Part shown: one piece after another, positions 37,600 to 47,631 of the stretch
Layout: the number at the start of each line of letters is the position of its first letter
How positions within the stretch are numbered: position 1 is the stretch's first letter
Notes under the pieces: model-generated
Databases searched by the model: none
What the model saw: only the letters and a program-made list of their open reading frames with translations
Told to the model about the DNA's origin: nothing
Position numbers and translations under genes: made by a program
NCBI GenBank assembly: GCA_963778115.1
Contig: CAVZSV010000004.1
Span: 2,464,001-2,528,000, forward strand
Reading direction: 5' to 3'
DNA: 64,000 bases
DNA from: an uncultured delta proteobacterium
GTDB lineage: Bacteria; Bdellovibrionota; FAC87; UBA2466

Positions 37600-38586
37600 C
37601 TAGTCGCGATCGCTCATGCGGTAACAATCGTAGACGATTTGGACGGCTCGTAACGCGTCGCGAGGTTTTCCCATATCGGTCAGGTTGCCTTCGATCTCTT
37701 TCTCAAAGGCCTCTATCTCATGTTTCCAAGAAAAGTCCTCTTCGCTAAATTCGAAGCGTTCTAGATCGGGGGGACCGGATACCGGCTGCTTTTTGTAAAG
37801 AAAAAGAGTTTCCTTACCATAGCTTCCGCCGAGTCCCGTGATTTGTAGTTTTCCTTGTGTTCCAAAGATCTCAAAGTCGAAAGTATTTTTCCATTCGGTA
37901 CAGCTGGCGTGCAACCATGCCGATAACTCGCTCGTGGGTGATTTCAAGAACAGAAAACCGTTGTCCTCCACAGGCATGTCCCAATAAAAAGTGGCCGCAC
38001 TTCCGAAGCCAAGAGTAAATTCTCCTCCCAGCCAGCGGCAGAGATCGATCAGATGGACTCCTTGATCGAGCAATTCTCCTCCGCCACCGAGTTTAGGATC
38101 GGCTCGCCATTCTTTATCGTATCCCTTTCTTCCGCCGTGGCCGTAGCGCGCGCGAAAATACATGAGTTCCCCTATGGACCCTTCGCCTAATAATGCTTTC
38201 GCTTTTTGAAGCCCGGGGTGAAAACGATGATTAAACCCAATGCGGCAAATCTTTTGAGCGTGATTAGCGATCTCTACCAAAGCCTCCAGCTCAGAGGGAT
38301 TACGCCCCGCCGGTTTTTCCACCAAAACATGCTTTCCGTCTTTCAAGGCTTGGACAGCAAGGAGAGAGGCGACGTCATTGGTCGTGGCGATGACGATGGC
38401 GTCGACCTGAGGAGATTGCAACAGCGCTTCTAGGGAAGCGGCGACTTCGCAAGAGAACTCCCCTGCTAACTTTGTTGCGCGAAGGGGGTCGATATCAAAG
38501 ACGCAAACTAGCGGTTGTGACAGCTGTCTTAGGGCCTGGGCCCTTTTAAATCCTATCAATCCGCAGCCGATGATTGCGTACCTCAT
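37600..38586 (-). CDS. Gfo/Idh/MocA oxidoreductase
   Basis: IIGCGLIG, HVLVEKP, GFNHRFHP, GGGELLDQGVH. Confidence 0.92.
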   Translation of the reverse strand: MRYAIIGCGLIGFKRAQALRQLSQPLVCVFDIDPLRATKLAGEFSCEVAASLEALLQSPQVDAIVIATTNDVASLLAVQALKDGKHVLVEKPAGRNPSELEALVEIANHAQKICRIGFNHRFHPGLQKAKALLGEGSIGELMYFRARYGHGGRKGYDKEWRADPKLGGGGELLDQGVHLIDLCRWLGGEFTLGFGSAATFYWDMPVEDNGFLFLKSPTSELSAWLHASCTEWKNTFDFEIFGTQGKLQITGLGGSYGKETLFLYKKQPVSGPPDLERFEFSEEDFSWKHEIEAFEKEIEGNLTDMGKPRDALRAVQIVYDCYRMSDRD

Positions 38587-38696
38587 GGTCAAATTACTAT
38601 CACAATTCGGGACTTTAGCACGCCCCATTCCTAACCCTTTCACCGGCCATATAAATGGTAAGCCGGCCCTTTCGAAAGCTATGGTATGAACCCTTT

Positions 38697-40544
38697 ATGG
38701 GCGTAAAGTCGACATGGATTCGAGTTCAACAGACCGTTAAGAATTCAGGGTGGTTAGCCCTCTTTGACCGCGTGAAGGCGCGGCTTTTGAGGCAGCCGGA
38801 TCCCATCAGAGACGACTATCCTCGCTGGATAAAAAAGTACTCGGAACTTAGTGCCTCAGAGCGGGTGGCGATGCGGGAGCAGATTGGAAGTTTTCGTTTT
38901 CAGCCCCGGATCTCGATATTAATGCCAGTGTTTAATACCGACGAGCGGTGGCTGCGATCCGCCATCCAATCGGTGAAGATGCAGATCTATCCGTATTGGG
39001 AGCTCTGTATCGCCGATGATTGTTCTAGCGAACCTCAAGTGCGAAAAGTATTAGAAGAGTTTTCCGAAAGCGATCCTCGGATCAAAGTGTCTTACCGACA
39101 ATCAAATGGGCATATCTCCGCGGCTTCCAATTCGGCGCTTCGATTGGCGAGCGGAGAGTTTACGGCATTGCTCGATCATGATGACGAACTTTCTCAGGAC
39201 GCGCTATTTTGGATCGTTAACGAAATAAATTTACATCCCGATGTGGATCTCATTTACACGGATGAAGACAAGATAGATCTGTTGGGCCGAAGACACCATC
39301 CCCATTTTAAACCCGACTGGGATCCGATTCTATTTTGTTCGCTAAATTTAGTCACCCACCTTGCTTGCTACCGCACCCAAGTGATTAGAAACGTAAATGG
39401 GTTTCGGGTGGGTTTTGAAGGAAGTCAGGATTATGATCTGGCTCTTCGAATTAGCGAGGTCACTCCGCCACAGAGAATCCGACATATTCCTCGAATCCTT
39501 TATCATTGGCGAGAGGTTCCGGGTTCGACGGCACTCTTGCCCAGCGAAAAAGACTACGCGACCACAGCGGCGGCCGCAGCCATTTCCGAACACCTCCAGC
39601 GGCGCAACCTCGAGGCAAGTGTTTTGCCCGCGGGTCATGGAGGCTACCATCGCGTTAGTTTCCCCATCTCCGATAGAGTCCCGATCGTTTCGATTATTCT
39701 TTGCGTGCCTGAAGTGACCGAATCGGTGCGACAGCAGGTAGAGCGAATCCGGGTTCTTACCGACTATACCACTACAGAATGGATTGTTGTGAGTTCGAAG
39801 CCGAGTGGGCAGCTTTCGGATCGGTTTGCAATTCTTCTTTTCCGAGGGCCCTTCGAAGAGCTGGCGATGCGAAATTTCGCCGCCAGAAATTCGAGAGGCG
39901 AGATTTTAGTATTCCTCTCCCCTTCCGTAACGCCCGTGAACGGAGAGTGGTTGAAGGAGCTGGTCTCTTTTGCGGCACGCCCGGATGCGGGAAGTGTGGG
40001 GGCCCGCTTGTTGGCGTCAGAAGGAAGGATCTACCAAGCTGGATTGACGCTTGGGATAGACGGCATTGCCGGTTGTACGGACCGCTTGATGCCGAAGGAA
40101 CAGGTGAGTTACCTTTCTAAGGTACATCTCATTCACGGGACCTCTGTGGTTTCGGGCGAGTGCCTTGCCATCCGAAAGAAGGTGTTTGAGGAGATTAACG
40201 GATTTGATGAAACGTTGAGCGATACCATTTGTGGAGATGTCGATCTCTGCCTAAGCGTTAGGACTCGAGGGTATTCTAATTTATATACTCCGTACGCCGA
40301 ATTGATCCAAAATCAGATTCAAAATCCAGTAGCGTTACCGGCAAATCTAGAGCGGCTAAAGATGAAATGGGGAGAAACCATTCATTCCGATCCTTTCTAT
40401 AATCCCAACCTGTCTCTAAGTTCGAAAGAACCCGGTTTGGCATTTCCTCCTCGAATTGATTCCACTTTTGATTCACGGCAACAAAATGACATCTTTCCCG
40501 GGAAAGTCTTTTCGGGAATTCGCATGCCATTACAGCAAAGTTGA
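38697..40544 (+). CDS. tandem-domain GT2 glycosyltransferase (O-antigen polymer type)
   Basis: ISILMPVFNT, LCIADDCS, LLDHDD, YTDEDK, FKPDW, GSQDYDL; C-terminal DPFYNPNL; start approximate. Confidence 0.92.
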   Translation: MGVKSTWIRVQQTVKNSGWLALFDRVKARLLRQPDPIRDDYPRWIKKYSELSASERVAMREQIGSFRFQPRISILMPVFNTDERWLRSAIQSVKMQIYPYWELCIADDCSSEPQVRKVLEEFSESDPRIKVSYRQSNGHISAASNSALRLASGEFTALLDHDDELSQDALFWIVNEINLHPDVDLIYTDEDKIDLLGRRHHPHFKPDWDPILFCSLNLVTHLACYRTQVIRNVNGFRVGFEGSQDYDLALRISEVTPPQRIRHIPRILYHWREVPGSTALLPSEKDYATTAAAAAISEHLQRRNLEASVLPAGHGGYHRVSFPISDRVPIVSIILCVPEVTESVRQQVERIRVLTDYTTTEWIVVSSKPSGQLSDRFAILLFRGPFEELAMRNFAARNSRGEILVFLSPSVTPVNGEWLKELVSFAARPDAGSVGARLLASEGRIYQAGLTLGIDGIAGCTDRLMPKEQVSYLSKVHLIHGTSVVSGECLAIRKKVFEEINGFDETLSDTICGDVDLCLSVRTRGYSNLYTPYAELIQNQIQNPVALPANLERLKMKWGETIHSDPFYNPNLSLSSKEPGLAFPPRIDSTFDSRQQNDIFPGKVFSGIRMPLQQS

Positions 40545-40562
40545 TCTAAACTTTTCTCTACC

Positions 40563-41138
40563 TTGATAGCAAAAAATCTCGAAAAATTAGCGGCCAAAAT
40601 CAACCCCAACTGCAGTGAGACCGTCATTTGGATGTTGTGTCACTATCCAGAGCATCCAGAGACGGATGAGCGGGCGAAGACAGCGGCAAGTATTCACAAG
40701 CGTCTTAAGTTGCCGATATGGCTTTTTGGAAGCTCCTCGGCCAGGTATCCCGAATCTGTTGAATCCTTAACGCGCAAGAAATTGGTGAAGTTAGGCGTTC
40801 CCGCGAGTGAAATCTTCTGTTCCTCTTCGCTGGGAAGTGCGGTTTCCATGGATACTGTGCAAGAGATGTTTAATGTCGTTCGGACCGCCCACGCCAAAGG
40901 GATCAAAAGAATCATCTGCATTTCCAATCCCCTTCAATTGCTACAAGTGCACGGCCTGCTTAGAAGAGAATCGATCGAAATTATCTATTTCCCTTCTTCA
41001 TTGAAGGACTGGCGCTGGTGGTATGTCAGTACTCGATTGGCTCTTATTCCAGTGGCGTTTTTGGGAATGGGAAAAGAGTTCCCGCCCCTAAAATTGGTCC
41101 GCTACGCGCGAGCCAAGTGGAGCTACTGGCCGCTGTAA
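40563..41138 (+). CDS. YdcF/DUF218 (ElyC/SanA)-like protein, divergent
   Basis: ERAKTAA, LVKLGVPASEI, SMDTVQE, IICISNPLQL pattern; hydrophobic C-terminus. Confidence 0.6.
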   Translation: MIAKNLEKLAAKINPNCSETVIWMLCHYPEHPETDERAKTAASIHKRLKLPIWLFGSSSARYPESVESLTRKKLVKLGVPASEIFCSSSLGSAVSMDTVQEMFNVVRTAHAKGIKRIICISNPLQLLQVHGLLRRESIEIIYFPSSLKDWRWWYVSTRLALIPVAFLGMGKEFPPLKLVRYARAKWSYWPL

Positions 41139-41314
41139 AATTTGGAAAAAAGAAAAAAACGAAAGCGCTACGAAGCTATAGTCCGAAAAAAATGTCCATC
41201 CTATTTTCGTAACGTACGCGGACAAAAGGCAGCAAGGGCCGATAGGAAAGGTTTTGGAAAAGTATTCGGAACCTACGCACGAGGGGAAGATCCAGCGCCA
41301 CGGAGCTCCCTTTA

Positions 41315-42781
41315 CTAAGGATGCAGCAGCGATTCCGCCCGTAGTCTTCTTAAACGATTGGATTCGTCGTAATTGGCTAGAAGTTCGATCACTCCGGACT
41401 CTAGATCCTGTAGGGACTGTTCGCGCTGTTTGTCACGCTCCAGTTTGGCCGATGCCTCTTTTACGATCGATAGGATTGCTCTTAACGTTTCCAGTTTCTC
41501 TGGAGTTAGATTTTCTGACGGGACGACAAAGATTTCGTTAAGTTTCCTTAGGGCAGCTTTTCTCACGGTGAATGTGTTTGCTCCTAGATCATTCACATTG
41601 GAGGCAAGTTTTTTTATGGCTTCATCGGGGATTTTGATGTCTGCATGCGCGGTAGAGTTTTTTAGCTTACTCCGCAGGTCGATCAGATGAGAGTCCTGTT
41701 TCAGTCGAAGGTAGGCGCGTCTAGCCGAGGGGAGGTCAAGACTTCCCAGCTGTTCCCATAAATTACTGGGATTACCGACTTGGGATTCGTAAAAGGGGCG
41801 AGTGGCGTCCCAGATCGCAGATTTATTCGGGTATTCCACAAAAAGACTTCCATCCAAACATACCCGCACATCTTTTATTCCGCCTTCGCCCTGGGGTATC
41901 GGCCTTTGGTAGCGGGCTCCTGTGAGCGTTTCGACATAGTTGATGTGGGCGCGATCGAGCGATAGGAAAAATAGAAAGTCGCTATTGGATGATGTCCCCA
42001 ATAAGTACCCTAGCTCGTCAAAAGGAAGTCTCCATAACTCTTTGGGAACATCCTCCAGGGACCTAGCCACGATGTCATCAGACTCCTTCTTTTTTTCGGA
42101 GGTAAAAAGCACTTTTCCATCACGAGAAACTTCGGGGCGAAATTCAACACTGTCAAAGTTGTTCTGATCCCAAAGAATGTTTTTTGTCTTTAGATCTTGT
42201 ACAAAGCGTGAAGAATCCGGCCTTTTCGCTAAAATAAAACGCTTCTGTCGGACCCAATTGATCTCTTTAATCTCATTGCCTGGAATTTCCAATTCTTCTA
42301 GGGTCTGACCATCGAGAAGAAAACATTTGGTTCCGTCGCATACCTGCACGAAGTTACCCTCATCAATAAAGTCGGCCGACCCTTTGCCTGCATGCAGTAA
42401 CTTGTTTCTTAAATCGAGAACCTCAAATCTGGCGTTTGAATCTTCTACCGAGTTCTTTATCTTCTTGTCGCCTCTGGGGCTGTAGTAAAGGTGGGTTCCT
42501 TTTTGAGTGGCTTCGCCGTCTACGGTCTCGAAGAGACCAGAACTCGGATAATACTTCACGAGGCGATTTTCTGATATGTGGCCGACTTCGAACACCTCTA
42601 TATGGTGTTGGTAGATTTCGTCTTTGGAAACACAAAACGTATCCGCTGCTGAAAGATTAAAAGGGAGTTCGATGAATTCGGGGGCATCTGGGGAACTTGG
42701 GTTCGGGGGGGCTTCATTGTGGCTACTTCCTGCAAAGCTTAAGCCAGAGAAAAGAAGTAGGAACCACATCATCCCTCTCAT
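41315..42781 (-). CDS. secreted protein, probable beta-propeller plus C-terminal helical domain
   Basis: signal peptide; beta-rich middle ending AIWDA; helical tail LWEQLGSLD...DLGANTFTVRKAALRKL...LRRLRAE. Confidence 0.65.
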   Translation of the reverse strand: MRGMMWFLLLFSGLSFAGSSHNEAPPNPSSPDAPEFIELPFNLSAADTFCVSKDEIYQHHIEVFEVGHISENRLVKYYPSSGLFETVDGEATQKGTHLYYSPRGDKKIKNSVEDSNARFEVLDLRNKLLHAGKGSADFIDEGNFVQVCDGTKCFLLDGQTLEELEIPGNEIKEINWVRQKRFILAKRPDSSRFVQDLKTKNILWDQNNFDSVEFRPEVSRDGKVLFTSEKKKESDDIVARSLEDVPKELWRLPFDELGYLLGTSSNSDFLFFLSLDRAHINYVETLTGARYQRPIPQGEGGIKDVRVCLDGSLFVEYPNKSAIWDATRPFYESQVGNPSNLWEQLGSLDLPSARRAYLRLKQDSHLIDLRSKLKNSTAHADIKIPDEAIKKLASNVNDLGANTFTVRKAALRKLNEIFVVPSENLTPEKLETLRAILSIVKEASAKLERDKQREQSLQDLESGVIELLANYDESNRLRRLRAESLLHP

Positions 42782-42786
42782 CCCTA

Positions 42787-43821
42787 TTAGAACGGTCCCT
42801 GAAAAGCAACCAATCTAGGAGTATTCTCCACGGCCTCTCCTCGAGAGCCGGTAACCAACTTGCGGGCCGCTTCGACGACATCACTAACTTTGGGATAGTA
42901 GACCTCTTCTAGGGCAGGGCTACAAGGAGTGGGTGCATCGGGGAGGGCGATTCGAATAGGGGCTTGCAATAAAGATCCAAAAGCCTGCTCGGTGACTGAA
43001 GCTGAGATCTCCGCGGAAACGCCGAAAGCCTTGATGGCGGTGTCCATGATGATAAGCCGGCCTGTTTTTTTCACCGAGTTTACAATCGTAGCCATATCCA
43101 ACGGTCTTACCGATCTTAAATCGATGACCTCCATCTCAATACCTTCTTTGTGCAGAATTTCTCGGGCGGCAAGAGCGTCGTGGACTTGCAATGACAAAGC
43201 AACACAAGTGACGTCTTTGCCGGGCACCAAAACATTGGCGCGATCCAAAGGCGTTTCATATTTTCCTTCGGCAACGTCACCGGTTTTGTCATAGAGCCAA
43301 CGGTGTTCGATACAGATGACCGGATTAGGATCTCGAATGGCGGCATAGAGCATCCCTTTGGCATCGGAAGGGGTCGCCGGCAAAATTACTTTTAATCCCG
43401 GAATGTGGGCAAAGAGCGCGTGCAGACTTTGAGAGTGTTGGGCCGCTTGTCCCCAGCCTCTTCCGACAATACAGCGAATGACTATGGGAACCGGCATTGT
43501 GGCCCCGAACATGTAGCTCCACTTGGCGGCATGGTTTACGATCTGGTCCATCGCGAGTAACAGAAATTCATTGCGCATGTGAATCATGACGCAGGGATGT
43601 CCTTCGATAGCGGCTCCGATCCCCACACCGGTCATCGCATTCTCAGAAAGGGGAGTATCCATCACTCTAGACGCGCCGAATTTTCGAAAAGCAGTAAGCG
43701 TACTTCCAAAAACCCCTTTGGGATCGTCTATTCCCTCACCCATAAGAAATACTTTGGGGTTTTCTTCCATCGCTAGAAGGGTCGCTTCACCTAGGGCTTC
43801 GCTATATTTTATGTTACGCAT
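42787..43821 (-). CDS. TPP-dependent dehydrogenase E1 beta subunit-like
   Basis: DTPLSENAMTG, AMDQIVNHAAK, WGQAAQHSQ, IDLRSVRPLD. Confidence 0.93.
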   Translation of the reverse strand: MRNIKYSEALGEATLLAMEENPKVFLMGEGIDDPKGVFGSTLTAFRKFGASRVMDTPLSENAMTGVGIGAAIEGHPCVMIHMRNEFLLLAMDQIVNHAAKWSYMFGATMPVPIVIRCIVGRGWGQAAQHSQSLHALFAHIPGLKVILPATPSDAKGMLYAAIRDPNPVICIEHRWLYDKTGDVAEGKYETPLDRANVLVPGKDVTCVALSLQVHDALAAREILHKEGIEMEVIDLRSVRPLDMATIVNSVKKTGRLIIMDTAIKAFGVSAEISASVTEQAFGSLLQAPIRIALPDAPTPCSPALEEVYYPKVSDVVEAARKLVTGSRGEAVENTPRLVAFQGPF

Positions 43822-44785
43822 AAATGTCCGTGAAAATTTCGTTGGCGTTGGGAAACTTGCTCTCTCTGGCGAAAGCAAAAGCATCGGCTATTTCGTTGCT
43901 AATTTGCTTTTCAATATCATCTCGTTCGCGAGGAGTAAGAAGTCCCTGAGCCAACAGTTTCTGTTCGGTTTTTTGAATGGGGCAATTTTTCATCCAGGAA
44001 TCCACCTCTTGCTGGGTGCGGTATCCCACTTCGATATCCATGTTAGGGCCAACATGATCGCGCCAGCGATACGTCTGGAACTCCAAAACCGTGGGTCCAT
44101 TTCCGGAGCGAGCACGTGCAATCGCTTCTGAAGCTACTCGATAAACGGCCTCCACATCGTTGCCATCGACACGTGCTGAAGCAATGCCAAAGGAGTCGCC
44201 TCGCTTGTAAATATCAGGAGTCGCTTGCCGGGAATTTTGATGGGAGTAAGTTGCATAAAGATTATTTTCGACGGCAAAAATCACGGGAAGCTTCTTAAGA
44301 GCCGCGATGTTCATGCTTTCGTAAAAAATACCCTCTTCACTCCCTCCGTCCCCGAAAAAAGCGACAGATACCAAAGGCTTTTTGTCCATTGAGAATGCCA
44401 GAGCACTTCCGACGGCCAGAGGGATCGTTCCCCCGACTAAAGCGGAGGAGCCCATCATTCCCTGACTATGATCCACCAGATGCATGGAGCCGCCTTTGCC
44501 GCGGCAGCAGCCCGTTACCTTCCCAAAGAGTTCTGCAATCATTTTGGGAAGGCTTCCGTTCTTGGCTAAATAGTGGGCATGACAGCGATGGGTGCTATAG
44601 ATGCGATCTTCAATAGAGAGCTGCTGGCAGATTCCTACCGGAACCGCTTCTTGTCCTATGGAGAGATGGACAGGACATTTCATCTCTTTGCTGGGATAAG
44701 CATCCGCCACGGCCTCTTCAATTCGCCGTATCCGCAGCATGCCGGTATAAAGTCGCTTTAGGGTGTCGCTTTTAAGATTTGCCAT
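43814..44785 (-). CDS. TPP-dependent dehydrogenase E1 alpha subunit-like
   Basis: HLSIGQEA, STHRCHAH, GKGGSMH, FFGDGGSEEG...ENN, YRWRDH. Confidence 0.93.
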   Translation of the reverse strand: MANLKSDTLKRLYTGMLRIRRIEEAVADAYPSKEMKCPVHLSIGQEAVPVGICQQLSIEDRIYSTHRCHAHYLAKNGSLPKMIAELFGKVTGCCRGKGGSMHLVDHSQGMMGSSALVGGTIPLAVGSALAFSMDKKPLVSVAFFGDGGSEEGIFYESMNIAALKKLPVIFAVENNLYATYSHQNSRQATPDIYKRGDSFGIASARVDGNDVEAVYRVASEAIARARSGNGPTVLEFQTYRWRDHVGPNMDIEVGYRTQQEVDSWMKNCPIQKTEQKLLAQGLLTPRERDDIEKQISNEIADAFAFARESKFPNANEIFTDIYA

Positions 44786-45378
44786 GTGTTTTGCTTTTTG
44801 TGTTGTCGGGAAAGGACGACTTCATCGATTACCGAATGGAGTAGCCATAGATGCCCGACCTCCACGATTCCGTAGGAGTCAGATTTAATGTAAAAATTGA
44901 GATCGCCGAGTCTTGAGAGGGGATTACCAGGTTGAAAGCCCGAGAAGCCAATGACGGTGCATCCTCTTTTCCTGGCGGCTTCGACCCCTTTGGTAATGTT
45001 GGGCGATTTTCCTGAGCTGCTGATAGCGATTAGAAGATCTCCGCGATCGGCGAATTGGCTAATGGGTTGGGCAAAGAGTTCCTCGTAACCAAAATCGTTG
45101 CCGACACACGTGAGTAAAGAAGCGTCATTGAAAGCGGTTGCCCTGACACCTCCGTTTTTCCAAAGGTCCACGGCTTGATGGCTGGCAATGGCGGCACTCC
45201 CCCCGTTTCCGATGATCATCACTTTATGATTATTGTCATCGGTATTGAGAACCAACTCCACGGCTTTAGCCAGACCATCAGTGAGGGTCAAAGTCTCCTT
45301 TTCTCGAGTCGTCACTTCACAGCGAGACACGACACCGGGAAGATCTTTTAAGGTACGAAAGTCGAAATTTTCTCCCAT
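44758..45378 (-). CDS. SIS-domain phosphosugar isomerase (divergent GmhA paralogue)
   Basis: GNGGSAAIASH, CVGNDFGY, SSSGKSPN, YGIVEVGH. Confidence 0.88.
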   Translation of the reverse strand: MGENFDFRTLKDLPGVVSRCEVTTREKETLTLTDGLAKAVELVLNTDDNNHKVMIIGNGGSAAIASHQAVDLWKNGGVRATAFNDASLLTCVGNDFGYEELFAQPISQFADRGDLLIAISSSGKSPNITKGVEAARKRGCTVIGFSGFQPGNPLSRLGDLNFYIKSDSYGIVEVGHLWLLHSVIDEVVLSRQHKKQNTWQILKATP

Positions 45379-45388
45379 GGGGATCTCC

Positions 45389-46936
45389 TTAGGCTAGAAG
45401 TGCCTTGATGTACTTAAAGAGTGGTACTGCTTGCATGCTGGTTCGGTTACAGACGACTTCTACCGCCATCGCTCCCGCCGCATTACCTACAAAGCCAATC
45501 AATTCTGATTTGGATTTACGTGCGGCCAGCATCGAGGACACCGCGAGATAGGCGTCCCCGGCACCAACGCGATCTACGATCTTATTGGACACAGAAGGGG
45601 CTTCGAAGCACTCGAAGCGTTGCTTGCCATCTCTTTGAGCGGAAGGCCGTAAGGTAATAGATCCGTTGTGTCCGCGAGTAATCGTGATAGTCGCTCCGGG
45701 ATACCTATCGGAAAATTCCGAGATCAAGTCGTGAATCGGAGTATATTTCTGTTGCATCGCAAGTCTTAGCTCAGGTTCATCGATGCAAATGTAGCTCGCT
45801 TTGGGATATTTGGTCACCGTGTTGTAGCCGAGATTAGCGGAATTGGTCTGGACATTGAGGGCTAAAAATTTAGACTTTTCGCAGATAACGTCCCTAATCT
45901 CTTTCGTTAGAAAACCATGGCCGTAATCGGCGACGACAACGAGATCATAAGTGGGAAGGGTCTCTCTGAGGTGCCGGACGATGTCGTTGCTAAGTGATTG
46001 CGGGAGATCCGTATCGGTTAAGAAACTGATTTGGAACATTTTGGTCAAGAAAGCTGGTTCGACATAACGGCGCTTCACGACCGTGCACGCGTCTTCACGA
46101 TAGAAAAACTTGGCCTTCACTTTGGTATTGAGCTGAGATTCGATGAGCTCTTGTTTCGAATCTTTCGAACCCAAACAAGTAAGCAAGTCGACATGGTCCG
46201 AAAAAGCGGCGATGTGATTTGCACAAGCAAGAATTCCGCCGGGAAAGGCCTCTTCACTAAGATACCTGGTGGAGACGATGGTCTCTTTGGGTGATTTCCC
46301 CAGAGGTTGACAGTAATGATACTCGTCCACGATGGTGTCGCCGATTAAAAGAACCTTTAAGTCGCTTAGGTTCTTTAATTGCTCGATAATATCTTCGCCA
46401 GAGACTTTCTGACGAAAATTGGCCAGAAATTGCCGCGCCCTCTCCGGGTAAACTCCGAAGTGGCTATTTAAAATGTTGGTCGAGCTGAAAGTGATATCGT
46501 GGGTGAAATGTATTTTCCCGCCTACTTCGTGTACCGCATTTTCTTCGGCAATGATTCCTTGAGTGATATCACCGGAGCGGTTTTCGTAGTCAGCTCCCTT
46601 TACGTAAACATCTGGGCGAATGGAGCGAATGGCTTCCACTGCAGTGGGCGTTTCGTTGATGGCGACGTAATCGACGTCGGCGAGGGCCGCGATGGATTCT
46701 GCTCTTAATTGATCGGTAAAAGCAGGGCGTCCAGGCCCTTTGTTTACGTACTGATCTTTAGTGACCGTGACGACCAGAATATCTCCTTGGTGCCGTGCTT
46801 CCGAAAAATGTCGGATGTGGCCTGGATGGAGTAGGTCGAAAACGCCGTGGCACAAAACGATTCTTTTCCCTTTGGCTTTTTCGGCTTGGATGGTCTTCGC
46901 TAGCTCACTGAGGTGAAGTGTCTTTTTTGCTTTCAT
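45389..46936 (-). CDS. bifunctional nucleotidyltransferase / PfkB kinase (HldE-like, reversed domain order)
   Basis: N-terminal HGVFDLLHPGH, NKGPGRP, YVKGADY; C-terminal IGDTIVDEY, DYGHG, DRVGAGDAY. Confidence 0.9.
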   Translation of the reverse strand: MKAKKTLHLSELAKTIQAEKAKGKRIVLCHGVFDLLHPGHIRHFSEARHQGDILVVTVTKDQYVNKGPGRPAFTDQLRAESIAALADVDYVAINETPTAVEAIRSIRPDVYVKGADYENRSGDITQGIIAEENAVHEVGGKIHFTHDITFSSTNILNSHFGVYPERARQFLANFRQKVSGEDIIEQLKNLSDLKVLLIGDTIVDEYHYCQPLGKSPKETIVSTRYLSEEAFPGGILACANHIAAFSDHVDLLTCLGSKDSKQELIESQLNTKVKAKFFYREDACTVVKRRYVEPAFLTKMFQISFLTDTDLPQSLSNDIVRHLRETLPTYDLVVVADYGHGFLTKEIRDVICEKSKFLALNVQTNSANLGYNTVTKYPKASYICIDEPELRLAMQQKYTPIHDLISEFSDRYPGATITITRGHNGSITLRPSAQRDGKQRFECFEAPSVSNKIVDRVGAGDAYLAVSSMLAARKSKSELIGFVGNAAGAMAVEVVCNRTSMQAVPLFKYIKALLA

Positions 46937-47077
46937 GAAAGGCTTCCTTTGGGAGTCGGTGGAATATACGAAAAGTGAGTTCTCACTCACCTTATCGACA
47001 CAATTCCTTCACAAATAGAGAAATTCTTTTATCGAAAAAGCAGTTCGAGACACGCCGCGCAAGCGTCAGGTCGGTGT

Positions 47078-47629
47078 TTATCTAGTATTATCCGCGGTGG
47101 AGAGGATGGCATGCAACTCAGAAACGCTGTGAATTCTAAAATTTGCCGATAGATTCCGGTTATAAGGCCTATCCCAGAGAATAGATTGACATCCCGCCCG
47201 CCGCGCCGCTTCCACATCGCGTTCGGTATCACCAAGATGAAAACTTCGGCGAAGATCTAAGTTTAAGTCGGAAGCAGCTTTTAAGAACATTCCAGGGTTG
47301 GGTTTTTTCATGGGATCGCTGTCTAAGGAAGCCCAGGAAACGTAGGCGGCATCGAGGTTAAATTCCTGCTGATACTGTTCGTTGAGTTCCAAAACGAAAC
47401 TCTTTTCGGTGATGCCCCGTTCTACATCGGGCTGATTGGTAACCATAACTAGGGCGAACCCTAGCGACTTGATGGAGCTGAGATCTCGTATCGCGTCATA
47501 GCGCCTCACTTCTTTAGCGTGACGCGGGGCGCATAGCTCGCCGTGGGGTCCCCAGGGGACCAGTTCGTGAAAGATTCCATCTCGGTCAACAAAGAGAGCT
47601 TTCTGTTTGTGATTTAATTCATCCATCAT
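47078..47629 (-). CDS. HAD-IIIA sugar-bisphosphate phosphatase (second GmhB-like)
   Basis: FVDRDG, VTNQPD, KKPNPGM, LGDTERD; lacks the Zn-binding Cys motif. Confidence 0.85.
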   Translation of the reverse strand: MMDELNHKQKALFVDRDGIFHELVPWGPHGELCAPRHAKEVRRYDAIRDLSSIKSLGFALVMVTNQPDVERGITEKSFVLELNEQYQQEFNLDAAYVSWASLDSDPMKKPNPGMFLKAASDLNLDLRRSFHLGDTERDVEAARRAGCQSILWDRPYNRNLSANFRIHSVSELHAILSTADNTR

Positions 47630-47631
47630 TT

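Noticed and set aside
41139..41260. A-rich tract between convergent genes
   Set aside because: No repeat unit or stable structure discernible
42787..44785. housekeeping pyruvate dehydrogenase pdhAB
   Set aside because: No E2/E3 nearby and the pair is coupled to sugar-activation genes, so no gene symbol was assigned
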